Shown: one piece after another, positions 49,413-60,356 of the stretch
How positions within the stretch are numbered: position 1 is the first letter of the stretch
Layout: every line of letters begins with the position of its first letter
Source: Blastocatellia bacterium
Lineage (GTDB): Bacteria; Acidobacteriota; Blastocatellia; UBA7656
Direction: 5' to 3'
Assembly: GCA_963804815.1 (NCBI GenBank)
Contig: CAWDRU010000002.1
Location: 450,754-514,753 of the forward strand
Length of the DNA: 64,000 nucleotides
Translations under genes and position numbers: made by a program
The notes under the pieces: generated by a model
Told to the model about the DNA's origin: nothing
Seen by the model: only the letters and a program-made list of their open reading frames with translations
Databases searched by the model: none

Positions 49413-49847
49413 TTATATCTTCACTGATGCATGAACATGCAACTCATCCTCGAAAAAGACCCAGTCAAATTCGGCTTCAACTGCAAGCCCTGCCAGACGG
49501 CCAAGCTTTCTTCTATCCCGATCTGATACAGTGATATCAACGGCTCTGCCTTCACGATGCCTGCTGGTCGCTGCGTGAATGCCGCTGTTGTCCCACGCCT
49601 CGGTGATTCGCAACTTGAGGCCCGGAAACTCATTCAAAACCAGAGCAGCCAGAGCGTCAACCTTTTCGCTCAGATTGGCTGTCATCAATTGAGCCTCCTG
49701 ATTTTTAAAGACGATGTCAGGATTAGAATGCCTCACAAGCTGGCGGAATTGTGTAGAGTTGCGCACAATGGCTGCACTGAATGCCCCAACTGCGCTTGCT
49801 TCGGTCACATTCGGAACTTTCTGATTTAAAACGAAAACACGTGGCAT
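49413..49847 (-). CDS. Hedgehog N-terminal signalling domain homologue (Hh/DD-peptidase zinc-binding fold)
   Basis: 144 aa. It aligns along its whole length to metazoan ShhN: [88 protein letters not shown] versus Shh [87 protein letters not shown]. The zinc ligands His/Asp/His and the Glu are conserved. Ribosome-binding site aaaggaaaaa. Confidence 0.75.
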   Translation of the reverse strand: [144 protein letters not shown]

Positions 49848-50605
49848 GACTTTTTCCTTTCTCTAATCATATAACTTTCACCCTCAGAGCGATTCGATTC
49901 CGGCTTAAAGACAGCCTGTCGCCATCGCCGCATCGGTCTGCTCTATAATCGAATGATAATTTTAACAATTCTATTACCAGCCAGTTTTTAACCGCAGATG
50001 TGAAACTAAGGATTGGTTTGACCTATTAGACGAAGGCAGAATTGTCGTTCAACTGGAATTTATAAATAAGGTGGTTCTATATCGCCATTAAACGGACCGC
50101 TGTAAGGAGTGGAGATGTCGAGGTATTCTTAATTGGTCTTACCGTCACAAAATGAAATTGTTAATTGGTTATAAAAGAGCTTGACATCAGAAGTCGCTTG
50201 ATAGAAAATAGGCGTCTCCAAGCGACATCAGAAAAGGGTATTGAAAATCCTTCCTAGAGTTAGGCCGGTTGTGAAAAGAATGCTCTTAGCACAATGTCCG
50301 GTTGGGCCGTGTCGAGATTGCTCGCGCAACGGTCTACGTCTGGATTTCGCCGTCCGGTCCCGCTCAATGCCAATCTCCCTCCATTTTACATTGGTCAGAC
50401 CAATATTGTCTCGCACCATCAACAGTCGGTTCCAATGTCTGTTTGGCGGGAAGTGGAATTTCCCCTCGGCGCATCATGGACCAGACGGAACCAAACCGAT
50501 TTCATCAGCTCGCACATCAATCGAAATAAGTTCGGAGGGGCTTCGGAATGTCTCGCGCCGGGCGCAGGCGCATGTAGGAATTTACGCTCACCAGGAGGAG
50601 AAAAA

Positions 50606-53600
50606 ATGAGATCAGCGACAACAAAGCCAGTGCAGGTTTTAGCCGTAGTTGCTTCCTTGATCATTGCCCTGTTTCCTGCTGCGACACTCGGCCAGGAAGC
50701 GCGCGGCAGCATAACAGGCAAAGTCACGGATGCGGGTCAATCGATCATCGCAGGGGCGATTGTGAAAGTCGAAAACGTTGCGATGGGGACCAGCGTCTCT
50801 GTAGCAACCAACGATTCAGGTCTTTTCGCAGCGCCTTACCTCGTCCCCGGAACCTATCAGATCATTGTCGAGTTCCGAGGGTTCAAGAGATACGTTCGTG
50901 CGAATGTTGCTCTGCGCATCGGCGAAACTCTCGATCTTCCGATTGCCCTTGAGACGGGAGGCACGGAAGAATCAATCACTGTTACAGCCGAATCGGCGAG
51001 GCTCGACACGACGACTGCTTCGCTGGGGCAGACGGTTGACGGGCGACGTGTGGCCGAGCTTCCATTAGTGCATGGCGACCCGTACACGTTGATCAGTCTG
51101 TCTCCCGGCGCAAGCTTTGCGCGAGACCCCAGACTCGACCGCCCGTTCGAGCCGACTCACATCGTCGGTTATGCGATGGACGGGACGCGAGCCAATCGCA
51201 GCGACCTTACCATTGACGGCGTTCCGAGCACGGCGACCGCAAACCCTTTCGAGGTGATCGCTTCGTATGTTCCGCCGACAGACATCATTCAGGAATTCAA
51301 AGTGCAGACGGCCACCTTTGATGCGAGCTTTGGCAACACCGAAGGCGGAGTCACAACCATCAGCATCAAATCGGGCACGAACGCTTTTCACGGCACAGCC
51401 TATTTCTGGGAAGAACCGGCGGGCATCTCTGCCAACGACTTCTTCGGCAATGCCAACAGGCAAGGTCGCCCGGATGCGTTCTCTAATCGCTGGGGAGGCT
51501 CGCTGAGCGGCCCCGTGTGGCTGCCGAAACTCTACAACGGAAAGAACAAGACCTTCTTTTTGTGGGGATATGAAGGCATCCGCGATGCCCGCCCGCGAAA
51601 TAACGGCACGCCGACGACGGCGACCGAAGCCATGCTGCGGGGGGATTTTTCGGAACTGCTGAAGCTCGGCCCGCAATACCAGATATACAATCCCTTCACG
51701 CGCCGCGCTGCCGCAAACGGTCGCTTTCAACAGGACCCGTTCCCGAACAACATCATCCCCGCCAATCTTATCAACCCGGTTTCCAGAGCGTTGATCAGCC
51801 AGTACTGGCCTCAGCCTACATCTCCGAATATCGCAGGCCCGGACGGCACGGGCAATTTCCAGCAGCCCAATCTACAGGAGCGGGCCAAATACGCAAACAA
51901 CACGATTCGCGTAGACCAGATCCTTGGCGACAAGCACAGGGTATTCGCGCGCGCCAGCTGGTATGATCGAACGAGCGACTACAACAACTACTTCAATAAT
52001 ATCGCTACCGGCGAACTGTTCTACTTTATCTCGCGGCAGGGCGCGATTGATGAAGTCTGGACCATCAACCCGACGACCGTGTTCAACGTGCGATACGGCT
52101 ATAACCGTTTCATCAGGTCAACGGATTCAAATCTCGGCAATCACGAATTCGATCTGACCTCTGTGGGCTTCCCCTCGGCCTACAACAATCTGATACCGCC
52201 CGACAAGCGACGTTTTCCGAGGCTCGACTTCGTTATTAATGGCACGACCACAGCCAACTATCAGGGCACGGGGCAGAACGTCGAGTTCAGGCCGAACGAT
52301 ATTCACTCGGTTATCTCGACTGTCAACAAAATCCTCGGCTCGCATTCTTTGAAAACCGGGGTAGAGTTCCGGGCTTATCGCGAGACGGATTCTTTTGCCA
52401 TCAACGATGTGACCGGTCGCTTCCAGTTCGATTCGACGTGGACGCGCGGGCCGTTTGACAATTCAGCCATCTCGCCCAACAGCATTGGTCAATCCTTCGC
52501 CTCGTTCCTGCTGGGATTGCCGAGTCCTACGAACAGCTTTGTCGCGCGACTCGCAGACTATGCCGAGCAGTCAACATCGTGGGGCTTCTTCGTGCAGGAT
52601 GACTGGAAGATCAGCCAGAAGCTCACTGTAAATCTTGGGCTGAGGTACGAATTTGAAACGCCGATGACCGAACGCTACAACCGCAGCGTAAGCGGCTTTG
52701 ATGCCACCTACACTCAGCCATTCGAGGCAGCGGCGCGAGCGGCTTTTAACGGTGCGCAGGGCAACCCCGCAACGGCTACACCCGAAATCGCTCAACTCAA
52801 TGTTAGAGGCGGGCTGTTGTTTGCGGGCGATGGCGCGCGCGGGTTATATCGAACTCCAAAGAATAACTTTGCGCCGCGACTGGGGATCGCATATCAGATC
52901 AATGACAAAACTTTGCTTCGCGCAGGCTATGGCATCTTCTATGGATTTCTGGGCCAGCGGCGCGGCGATGTCATTCAAAGCGGGTTCAGTCAGAACACGC
53001 CGTTCATTCCAACCTTAGACAACGGATTGCATTTTACATCGACTCTCACAGACCCATTCCCCACGGGAATAGTCGAGCCGGTCGGAGCGGCTAATGGCCC
53101 GCAGACGTTCATCGGCCAGAACGTCACGTTCTTTAATCCGCGCCCGCTTTCGCCGTATATGCAACGCTGGCAATTTGGATTCCAGCGCGAACTGCCCGGC
53201 GGATTTATGATAGAAGCCGCTTATGTCGGCAATCGCGGCACGCACATTGAACTCAGTTGCAATTCCGGAATCGGCACGCCCGGCTGCAACGTGAACGTCA
53301 CGCCGCAGGAGTTTTTGAGCCGAAGTTCCGTGCGCGATACTGTAACGCTCAATCGTCTGACAGCCGCCGTGCCAAACCCGTTCCGCAATCTGCTGCCCGC
53401 AGGCGCAAGCGGAACCTTCACCGGAACGACCATTGCGCGGGAGCGATTGCTTCGGCCCTTCCCACAGTTCGATCAGGTGAACACGACAAGAAACGATGGC
53501 TATTCATGGTATCACGGGTTGCAGATGAGACTTGAGAAACGGTTCTCGAAGGGCTACACGCTGGGCGCGAGCTACACCTATTCAAAGTACATGCAGGCCA

Positions 53601-54358
53601 CAGAGCTATTGAATCAGGATGACGCGCGACCGACCGAGGTAATCTCTGATCAGGATTATCCTCACCGCTTCACTTTGAGCAGTATCTACGAACTCCCGTT
53701 CGGTTCGGGTCATCAATTCTTCGCCAACGCGAACAGTGTTGCCTCGCGCATCATAAGCGGGTGGCAGGTGCAGGGCGTGTACACATATCAAAGCGGCCAG
53801 CCGCTGAGCTGGGGCAATATCATCTACAACGGCAATGTGGGTGATATAAAGCTCGACGGAAGCTCGGTTGAAAAATGGTTCAACAACACGGGCTTTGTGG
53901 CGCTGCGCGATGCGAGCAAGACCAACTCTCCGCTCGTGACCGACAGCAGCGGGCAGCCAGTGTGGGTCGATTTCAACGATCCGTGTAAGACCAATCCTTC
54001 CTGTGCGAAGCCGCTTGCGTCGCCTGTCGGGTTCAACCGGGACGCGGCGTTCCAGCTAGATCACAACGTCAGGACTTTCCCGTTGCGATTCGGGTTCCTG
54101 CGCGGCGATGCCACCAACAACTTTGACCTGTCGCTGGTCAAGAACACGGCGATCAATGAACGGATGAAGCTGCAATTGAGATTCGAGGCCATAAACGCAT
54201 TAAATCATGTGTGGTTCCCCACGGGCGTTAATGCGAACGGGGTAACGACCAACGGCGTAGTGACATCTCCGACTGCGGCTACGTTTGGACAGGTCGTTCA
54301 ATCGAATCAGGCGAACTATCCGCGTCGAATTCAGATGGGCATCAAGTTCCTGTTCTGA
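50606..54358 (+). CDS. TonB-dependent receptor with N-terminal carboxypeptidase-regulatory-like domain (Acidobacteria type)
   Basis: A perfect AGGAGG ribosome-binding site sits before the ATG at 50606. Signal peptide, then GSITGKVTD...VKVENVAMGTSVSVATNDSGLF (CarboxypepD_reg), then plug and beta-barrel, ending with a C-terminal Phe (KFLF). The ORF track starts at 50294, upstream of the true start. Confidence 0.9.
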   Translation: MRSATTKPVQVLAVVASLIIALFPAATLGQEARGSITGKVTDAGQSIIAGAIVKVENVAMGTSVSVATNDSGLFAAPYLVPGTYQIIVEFRGFKRYVRANVALRIGETLDLPIALETGGTEESITVTAESARLDTTTASLGQTVDGRRVAELPLVHGDPYTLISLSPGASFARDPRLDRPFEPTHIVGYAMDGTRANRSDLTIDGVPSTATANPFEVIASYVPPTDIIQEFKVQTATFDASFGNTEGGVTTISIKSGTNAFHGTAYFWEEPAGISANDFFGNANRQGRPDAFSNRWGGSLSGPVWLPKLYNGKNKTFFLWGYEGIRDARPRNNGTPTTATEAMLRGDFSELLKLGPQYQIYNPFTRRAAANGRFQQDPFPNNIIPANLINPVSRALISQYWPQPTSPNIAGPDGTGNFQQPNLQERAKYANNTIRVDQILGDKHRVFARASWYDRTSDYNNYFNNIATGELFYFISRQGAIDEVWTINPTTVFNVRYGYNRFIRSTDSNLGNHEFDLTSVGFPSAYNNLIPPDKRRFPRLDFVINGTTTANYQGTGQNVEFRPNDIHSVISTVNKILGSHSLKTGVEFRAYRETDSFAINDVTGRFQFDSTWTRGPFDNSAISPNSIGQSFASFLLGLPSPTNSFVARLADYAEQSTSWGFFVQDDWKISQKLTVNLGLRYEFETPMTERYNRSVSGFDATYTQPFEAAARAAFNGAQGNPATATPEIAQLNVRGGLLFAGDGARGLYRTPKNNFAPRLGIAYQINDKTLLRAGYGIFYGFLGQRRGDVIQSGFSQNTPFIPTLDNGLHFTSTLTDPFPTGIVEPVGAANGPQTFIGQNVTFFNPRPLSPYMQRWQFGFQRELPGGFMIEAAYVGNRGTHIELSCNSGIGTPGCNVNVTPQEFLSRSSVRDTVTLNRLTAAVPNPFRNLLPAGASGTFTGTTIARERLLRPFPQFDQVNTTRNDGYSWYHGLQMRLEKRFSKGYTLGASYTYSKYMQATELLNQDDARPTEVISDQDYPHRFTLSSIYELPFGSGHQFFANANSVASRIISGWQVQGVYTYQSGQPLSWGNIIYNGNVGDIKLDGSSVEKWFNNTGFVALRDASKTNSPLVTDSSGQPVWVDFNDPCKTNPSCAKPLASPVGFNRDAAFQLDHNVRTFPLRFGFLRGDATNNFDLSLVKNTAINERMKLQLRFEAINALNHVWFPTGVNANGVTTNGVVTSPTAATFGQVVQSNQANYPRRIQMGIKFLF

Positions 54359-54458
54359 AAACAAGATGGTAGCAGATCAATGAGGAAGCGCGTTCCGAGT
54401 GCCGATATCAGGCAAACAGCAGCATTCGGCCTGACATCGGCGCTCCGCATTGTTGGCA

Positions 54459-54600
54459 GGGCTGTAACAAAGTCGGTTGACAGACATGGTAGGGGCAGGG
54501 CTTGTCCCTGCCCGAATGGCTGAAAGCCATGACAGATCATCGCCTATCGGCGATCCGGGCAGGGACAAGCCCTGCCCCTACAGTTACTTTGTTACAGCCC
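54459..54600. mobile_element. MITE-like element: 16-bp perfect terminal inverted repeats flanked by an 11-bp direct repeat, with a nested palindromic interior
   Basis: TIRs agggctgtaacaaagt (left) / actttgttacagccct (right). Flanking direct repeat gcattgttggc at 54448-54458 and 54602-54612. Internal 26-bp inverted repeat gtaggggcagggcttgtccctgcccg / cgggcagggacaagccctgcccctac, plus small hairpins atggctgaaagccat and atcgcctatcggcgat. Confidence 0.6.
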
Positions 54601-54645
54601 TGGCATTGTTGGCTCTTGCCTTTGAATTTAAGGAAAGCGTCGGTT

Positions 54646-54715
54646 ACAGTACCGCGAGCGGTAGCGAGCGGGTCTGCGGTCAAGCCAACCTGCTCGCTAC
54701 CGCTCGCGGTACTGT
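54646..54715. repeat. perfect 24-bp inverted repeat with a 22-nt spacer immediately upstream of apbE
   Basis: acagtaccgcgagcggtagcgagc ... gctcgctaccgctcgcggtactgt, followed by a further palindrome cctgtacagg. Confidence 0.6.
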
Positions 54716-54745
54716 GTCCTGTACAGGGTTGTAATTTGCTCTAAG

Positions 54746-55753
54746 GTGAAGATGCTAACCAGACGGCAACTACTGAGATTTTCCGGGAGCCAAAAAAAAA
54801 CCGAGGACGGTTACTGGCTTCACCTGAGCCGACAGGCAATGGCCTGCCGCTTTGAAGCGACTTTGCCGATCTCGGATCAGACGGGCGTAAATTTGACTCG
54901 CGATGCACTGGCCACGGTTGGCGGACTCGAACAGCAACTGACCGTCTTCAAAGAAAATAGTGAAGTAAGTTATATCAATCGCACAGCCGCTACGGGCGCG
55001 GTTCGCGTCGAAAAATCTCTGTTCGCATTATTGCTTCTGTGTCAGAAGTTATCCATCGAAACTAAAGGCGCATTCGATATAACCTCCGGGCCATTGAGCG
55101 ACTGCTGGGGATTTCTGCGCAGGCAAGGCAGCATCCCTGAGCCGCACGCTATCGAAGCGGCTCGCGCGCTTGTCGGAGCCGACCGGTTGATGCTTGACCC
55201 CGCGTCCCGCACGATTCGCTTCGAGCGCGCGGGCGTGCAGATCAATCTCGGCAGCATCGGCAAAGGCTACGCGCTTGATCGCATCGGCGCGACTATCGAA
55301 AAGCGTGTGCGAGCCTGCCTGCTTACGGCAGGCTCAAGCAGCATGCGCGCCATAGGGAGCGGAGATCGTGACGATGCCGGATGGATTATTGGCGTCCGGC
55401 ATCCGAGGTGTAATACTCGTCGCCTTGCCGTCTTAAGAATGCGCGACTGCGCGATGGCGACAAGCGGAGGTGAGGAACAATACTTTGAGCACAAAGGCAA
55501 ACGCTACTGCCACATCATTGATCCGCGTTCGGGGATGCCTGCGGATCGCGTTTCAAGTGTAACCGTCGTCACGCGGTCAGCGGCGTGTGCTGATGCGCTC
55601 GCCACTGCTTTTTTTGTCGGCGGCCCTGAACTGGCCGAAAGCTACTGCTCGATTCATACAGGTGTTTTGGCCGTAATGCTGGAAACGGGGTCTGAACGCG
55701 CAGTCGTCTTTGGCCAAAACGATCAATGCGAGGTGGAGATCATCGGTGAGTAG
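54746..55753 (+). CDS. apbE: FAD:protein FMN transferase (ApbE family)
   Basis: Tat-like N-terminus TRRQLL. ApbE motifs [11 protein letters not shown] and a C-terminal Mg/FAD-binding region ([10 protein letters not shown]). Confidence 0.85.
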   Translation: MKMLTRRQLLRFSGSQKKTEDGYWLHLSRQAMACRFEATLPISDQTGVNLTRDALATVGGLEQQLTVFKENSEVSYINRTAATGAVRVEKSLFALLLLCQKLSIETKGAFDITSGPLSDCWGFLRRQGSIPEPHAIEAARALVGADRLMLDPASRTIRFERAGVQINLGSIGKGYALDRIGATIEKRVRACLLTAGSSSMRAIGSGDRDDAGWIIGVRHPRCNTRRLAVLRMRDCAMATSGGEEQYFEHKGKRYCHIIDPRSGMPADRVSSVTVVTRSAACADALATAFFVGGPELAESYCSIHTGVLAVMLETGSERAVVFGQNDQCEVEIIGE

Positions 55754-56368
55754 CGGAACGCATAATCGTCTCTTCTCCGCGCAGCAGTTGGCGCTGCTGG
55801 CCCTGCGCACAGTTGTGGGCTGGCATTTTTTATACGAAGGCTATTATAAACTTGCGCTTCCCGGCTGGAGCGCAGACGGCGTGCCGCTTGGGCGGTGGAC
55901 TTCGACCGGTTATCTGAAGAGCGGGTCGGGGCCGCTCGCCTGGTTTTTCGGGCGGTTGATCGATGCGGGTTGGGGCAGTTTTCTGGACAATACGGTCAAA
56001 ATAGGGCTACTGCTGATCGGTATGTCGCTTATGCTGGGGCTACTGACGAAGGCGGGATGTTGGGGCGCGTTGATATTCCTGACTCTGTTTTATACGGTGA
56101 CCGTGCCCCTGTCAGGGATTCAGCAACCGGGCAGCGAAGGCGCGTATCTGATCGTCAACAAAACCCTGATCGAAGGCGTCGCTGTGTGCGTACTGCTGGT
56201 TTTTCGGACTGGCGAAATCGCTGGCCTCGACCTGCTGCTGGCAAACAGAAAAGAAAGGCGTAGGGCGCTGTCCGAAAGTGTTCCGAGTCTGGTTCCCGTT
56301 ACTGTGGTTGAATCCAAAACGGTTTTAGATTCCAGTGATAAGTCTGGTTCTCAGACAGCGAGAGGTTA

Positions 56369-56369
<1 letters not shown>
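55746..56369 (+). CDS. DoxX family membrane protein
   Basis: Four predicted TM helices, with [19 protein letters not shown] typical of DoxX. A GTG start overlapping the apbE stop (GTGAGTAG) was chosen. An ATG at 55710 is the alternative. Confidence 0.6.
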
Positions 56370-57658
<1,289 letters not shown>

Positions 57659-57777
57659 GCGGGAGTATCAGTTTGGAGTACCGCCTTCAGGCGGAATGTT
57701 ACAAGTGCGATACATTCCGCCTGTAAGACGGTACTCCAAACTTTTTCATCATTACCAACTTTCATTCGAGGTATGTT

Positions 57778-59094
57778 ATGTCAGAATCAACTAATTTGAC
57801 ACGCCGCCAGTTCGTCAAACTGGCGGGCAGCACGGCAACCGCGTCACTCATCTCCGTTGCGCAAGTTCCCGCTGCCCGCCGCCGCTACGCGCTTGTCGGT
57901 ACAGGGGACAGGGGCACGGGCATGTGGGGGAAACCTGTAATGCAGTCTTACTCCGATGTTCTGGAATTTGCCGGACTTTGCGATGTTAATCATAAACGGG
58001 TAGCGGTGGGTAAGGAATTTATCGGCGCGAAATGTCCCACCTTTACCGACTTCGATGAGATGTGCGACAAGGTCAAACCGGAACTTGTGATGGTCACGAC
58101 CGTCGATGCTTTCCACAGCCAGTATATTGTTAATGCTTTAGATCGCGGCATTGACGTGATGACAGAAAAACCGATGGTGATTGATGAATCGCAGTGTCAG
58201 GCGGTGATAGATGCCGAAAAGCGCAACAGGCGAAAGATCGTCGTTACGTTCAATTATCGTTATGCGCCAAAACACCAGAAGATCAAAGAGATTTTGATGG
58301 CCGGAGAGATTGGCCGCGTGCTGTCGGTCGATTTCAGCTGGTATCTGGATGTCTATCACGGCGCAGATTATTTTCGCCGATGGCACAGGCTTAGAAACAG
58401 AAGCGGCAGTCTGCTGGTTCATAAAGCGAGCCACCATTTCGATCTGATGAACTGGTGGCTCGCGGCTGATCCGGTCGAAGTTATGGGTCAGGCCGGTCTG
58501 AAAGTTTACGGCAAACAGGGACCGTTTCGCTCAGCGACCTGCCGCCAGTGCCCTCATAAATCAAAATGTGATTTTTATTACGACATGACGAAGGACGCCA
58601 GAAGGATGAAACTCTATGCCGGTTGTGAAGACGTAGACGGATACCACCGCGACGGGTGCGTCTTTCGTGAAGACATAGACATCTTCGATACGATGTCGGC
58701 GCTGGTGACATACTCGAACAACGTCACGATGAATTATTCATTGAACGCCGCCATGCCGTTTGAAGGCTATCGGGTCGCCTTCAACGGCGAGAAAGGTCGC
58801 CTTGAGATACGAGATTACGAACGCCAGCCCTGGCCCGTGCAGGATGAAACGGAAATATATATCACCAGAAGTTTCGACAAGCGTAAACAGATCCCTGTGC
58901 CAAAACCCGAAGGCGGACATGGCGGCGGCGACGAGCGATTGCGCGACCTGATCTTCAGGCAGATTGCGATGCCTGAGTATATGCAGTTGCCCGATTCGCG
59001 TGCCGGTGCGATGTCGTGTCTGACAGGAATTGCGGCGCGCAAGAGCGTCGATCAGAAACGACCCGTCAAAATAGCCGAGCTTGTCAGCTTTTAA
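57778..59094 (+). CDS. Gfo/Idh/MocA family oxidoreductase with twin-arginine signal
   Basis: Tat motif TRRQFVKLAGSTATASL. ALVGTGDRGTGMW Rossmann motif. The EKPM motif is in DVMTEKPMV. Confidence 0.85.
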   Translation: MSESTNLTRRQFVKLAGSTATASLISVAQVPAARRRYALVGTGDRGTGMWGKPVMQSYSDVLEFAGLCDVNHKRVAVGKEFIGAKCPTFTDFDEMCDKVKPELVMVTTVDAFHSQYIVNALDRGIDVMTEKPMVIDESQCQAVIDAEKRNRRKIVVTFNYRYAPKHQKIKEILMAGEIGRVLSVDFSWYLDVYHGADYFRRWHRLRNRSGSLLVHKASHHFDLMNWWLAADPVEVMGQAGLKVYGKQGPFRSATCRQCPHKSKCDFYYDMTKDARRMKLYAGCEDVDGYHRDGCVFREDIDIFDTMSALVTYSNNVTMNYSLNAAMPFEGYRVAFNGEKGRLEIRDYERQPWPVQDETEIYITRSFDKRKQIPVPKPEGGHGGGDERLRDLIFRQIAMPEYMQLPDSRAGAMSCLTGIAARKSVDQKRPVKIAELVSF

Positions 59095-59126
59095 CCCGTA
59101 CATCGAACACCCGGAGAAAAGAGCGA

Positions 59127-60353
59127 ATGCGCAAACTCTATTTCTGTCTTCTGATAATCGCGCTTGCCACGCTGATTCCTCGATTCGAGACCGGCGCATC
59201 CGGCCTGCGCGCATACGTCAAGGTTGCAGCCGGGTCGCTCGACCGCCGCGAAACCATCGTCACTTTTTCATTGCCCAAAGACCTGAAAGCTAAATCTTAC
59301 GCATTGCGCGACGAATCAGGCCGCATGATTGCGCTGCAAGTGGATGCCGAGCGTCAAGCAACCTTTGTGCTGTCTGAGTTGAAGGCCGGTGCAACGAAGA
59401 ACTATCGATTGGTTGAGTCGAAAGCCAGCGCAGCAATCGGAGGTAATGTTCATGTCGCACGCATAGATGACCAGCTTACGATTGATGTGGCGGGTCGGCG
59501 GGCATTCAGTTATCGGGAACAGCCGAGCCGGATTCTTAAGAGCGACATCAAAGAAATCTTTCGACGTGGTGGATACCTTGATTCTGTCTATACGCCTTTG
59601 GGACGATCTGTTACGGACGACTACCCGCCGGATCATTATCACCATCACGGCATCTGGTTCGCCTGGACCAAAACTGAATTTGAAGGCCGTCATCCGGATT
59701 TCTGGAACATGGGCGATGGCACGGGCAAAGTCGAATTTGTCGCAGTGGATTCGACATGGAGCGGGTCCGTGCATGGCGGTTTCACGTCTAGTCATCGTTA
59801 TGTCGATCTGAGCGGTTCAAAGCCGATGACCGTGTTGAATGAAGAGTGGAAAGTTGCGGTCTACAAGATTGGCCTTGGCGAAAAACCGTATTCGATGTTC
59901 GATATGATCGTGACTCACGAGTGCGCGGCCTCCAGCCCGCTCGTCTTGCCTGAGTATCGTTATGGCGGGATCGGGTTTCGCGGCCACCGCCAGTGGCTTG
60001 AGAAAGATAATTGTTTCTTCCTCACGTCAGAGGGGAAAGATCGCAGCAACGGCCACGGGACGCGCGCGCGGTGGTGTCACATCGGAGGCCGAATAGATGG
60101 GCAACTCGCGGGGATTGCTATTTTAGATCACCCGGCAAATTTTCGCGCGCCTCAGCCGATGCGCATAAATCCAGACCAGCCGTTCTTCTGTTACGCGCCG
60201 TCATTGATGGGGCAATGGGAGATCACCCCCGGCAAGCCCTATGTCTCGCGTTATCGTTTCATCGTTTATGATGGGGGGCCGGACAAAGTCGAACTTGACC
60301 GGCTCTGGAATGATTATGCCAACCCGCCGCAGATTGCAATTACGGTTGAGTGA
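59127..60353 (+). CDS. hypothetical secreted protein (His-rich motif HHHGIWFAW; possible PmoA/DUF6807-like)
   Basis: Ribosome-binding site ggagaaaag. Signal peptide MRKLYFCLLIIALATLIP. The ORF track opens at 59016 inside the upstream gene. Met38 was chosen as the start. Confidence 0.55.
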   Translation: MRKLYFCLLIIALATLIPRFETGASGLRAYVKVAAGSLDRRETIVTFSLPKDLKAKSYALRDESGRMIALQVDAERQATFVLSELKAGATKNYRLVESKASAAIGGNVHVARIDDQLTIDVAGRRAFSYREQPSRILKSDIKEIFRRGGYLDSVYTPLGRSVTDDYPPDHYHHHGIWFAWTKTEFEGRHPDFWNMGDGTGKVEFVAVDSTWSGSVHGGFTSSHRYVDLSGSKPMTVLNEEWKVAVYKIGLGEKPYSMFDMIVTHECAASSPLVLPEYRYGGIGFRGHRQWLEKDNCFFLTSEGKDRSNGHGTRARWCHIGGRIDGQLAGIAILDHPANFRAPQPMRINPDQPFFCYAPSLMGQWEITPGKPYVSRYRFIVYDGGPDKVELDRLWNDYANPPQIAITVE

Positions 60354-60356
60354 AAT

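Noticed and set aside
50294-50605. The 5-prime 312 nt of the ORF-track entry 50294-54358
   Set aside because: The only strong ribosome-binding site (AGGAGG) and the signal peptide are at the ATG at 50606. The upstream in-frame stretch is non-coding leader.
51065-51730. 221-aa minus-strand ORF inside the TonB-dependent receptor gene
   Set aside because: Antisense shadow ORF.
54477-54744. 85-aa and 80-aa ORFs spanning the MITE-like element
   Set aside because: They are created by the palindromic repeat. Their translations mirror each other, which is the signature of inverted-repeat DNA.
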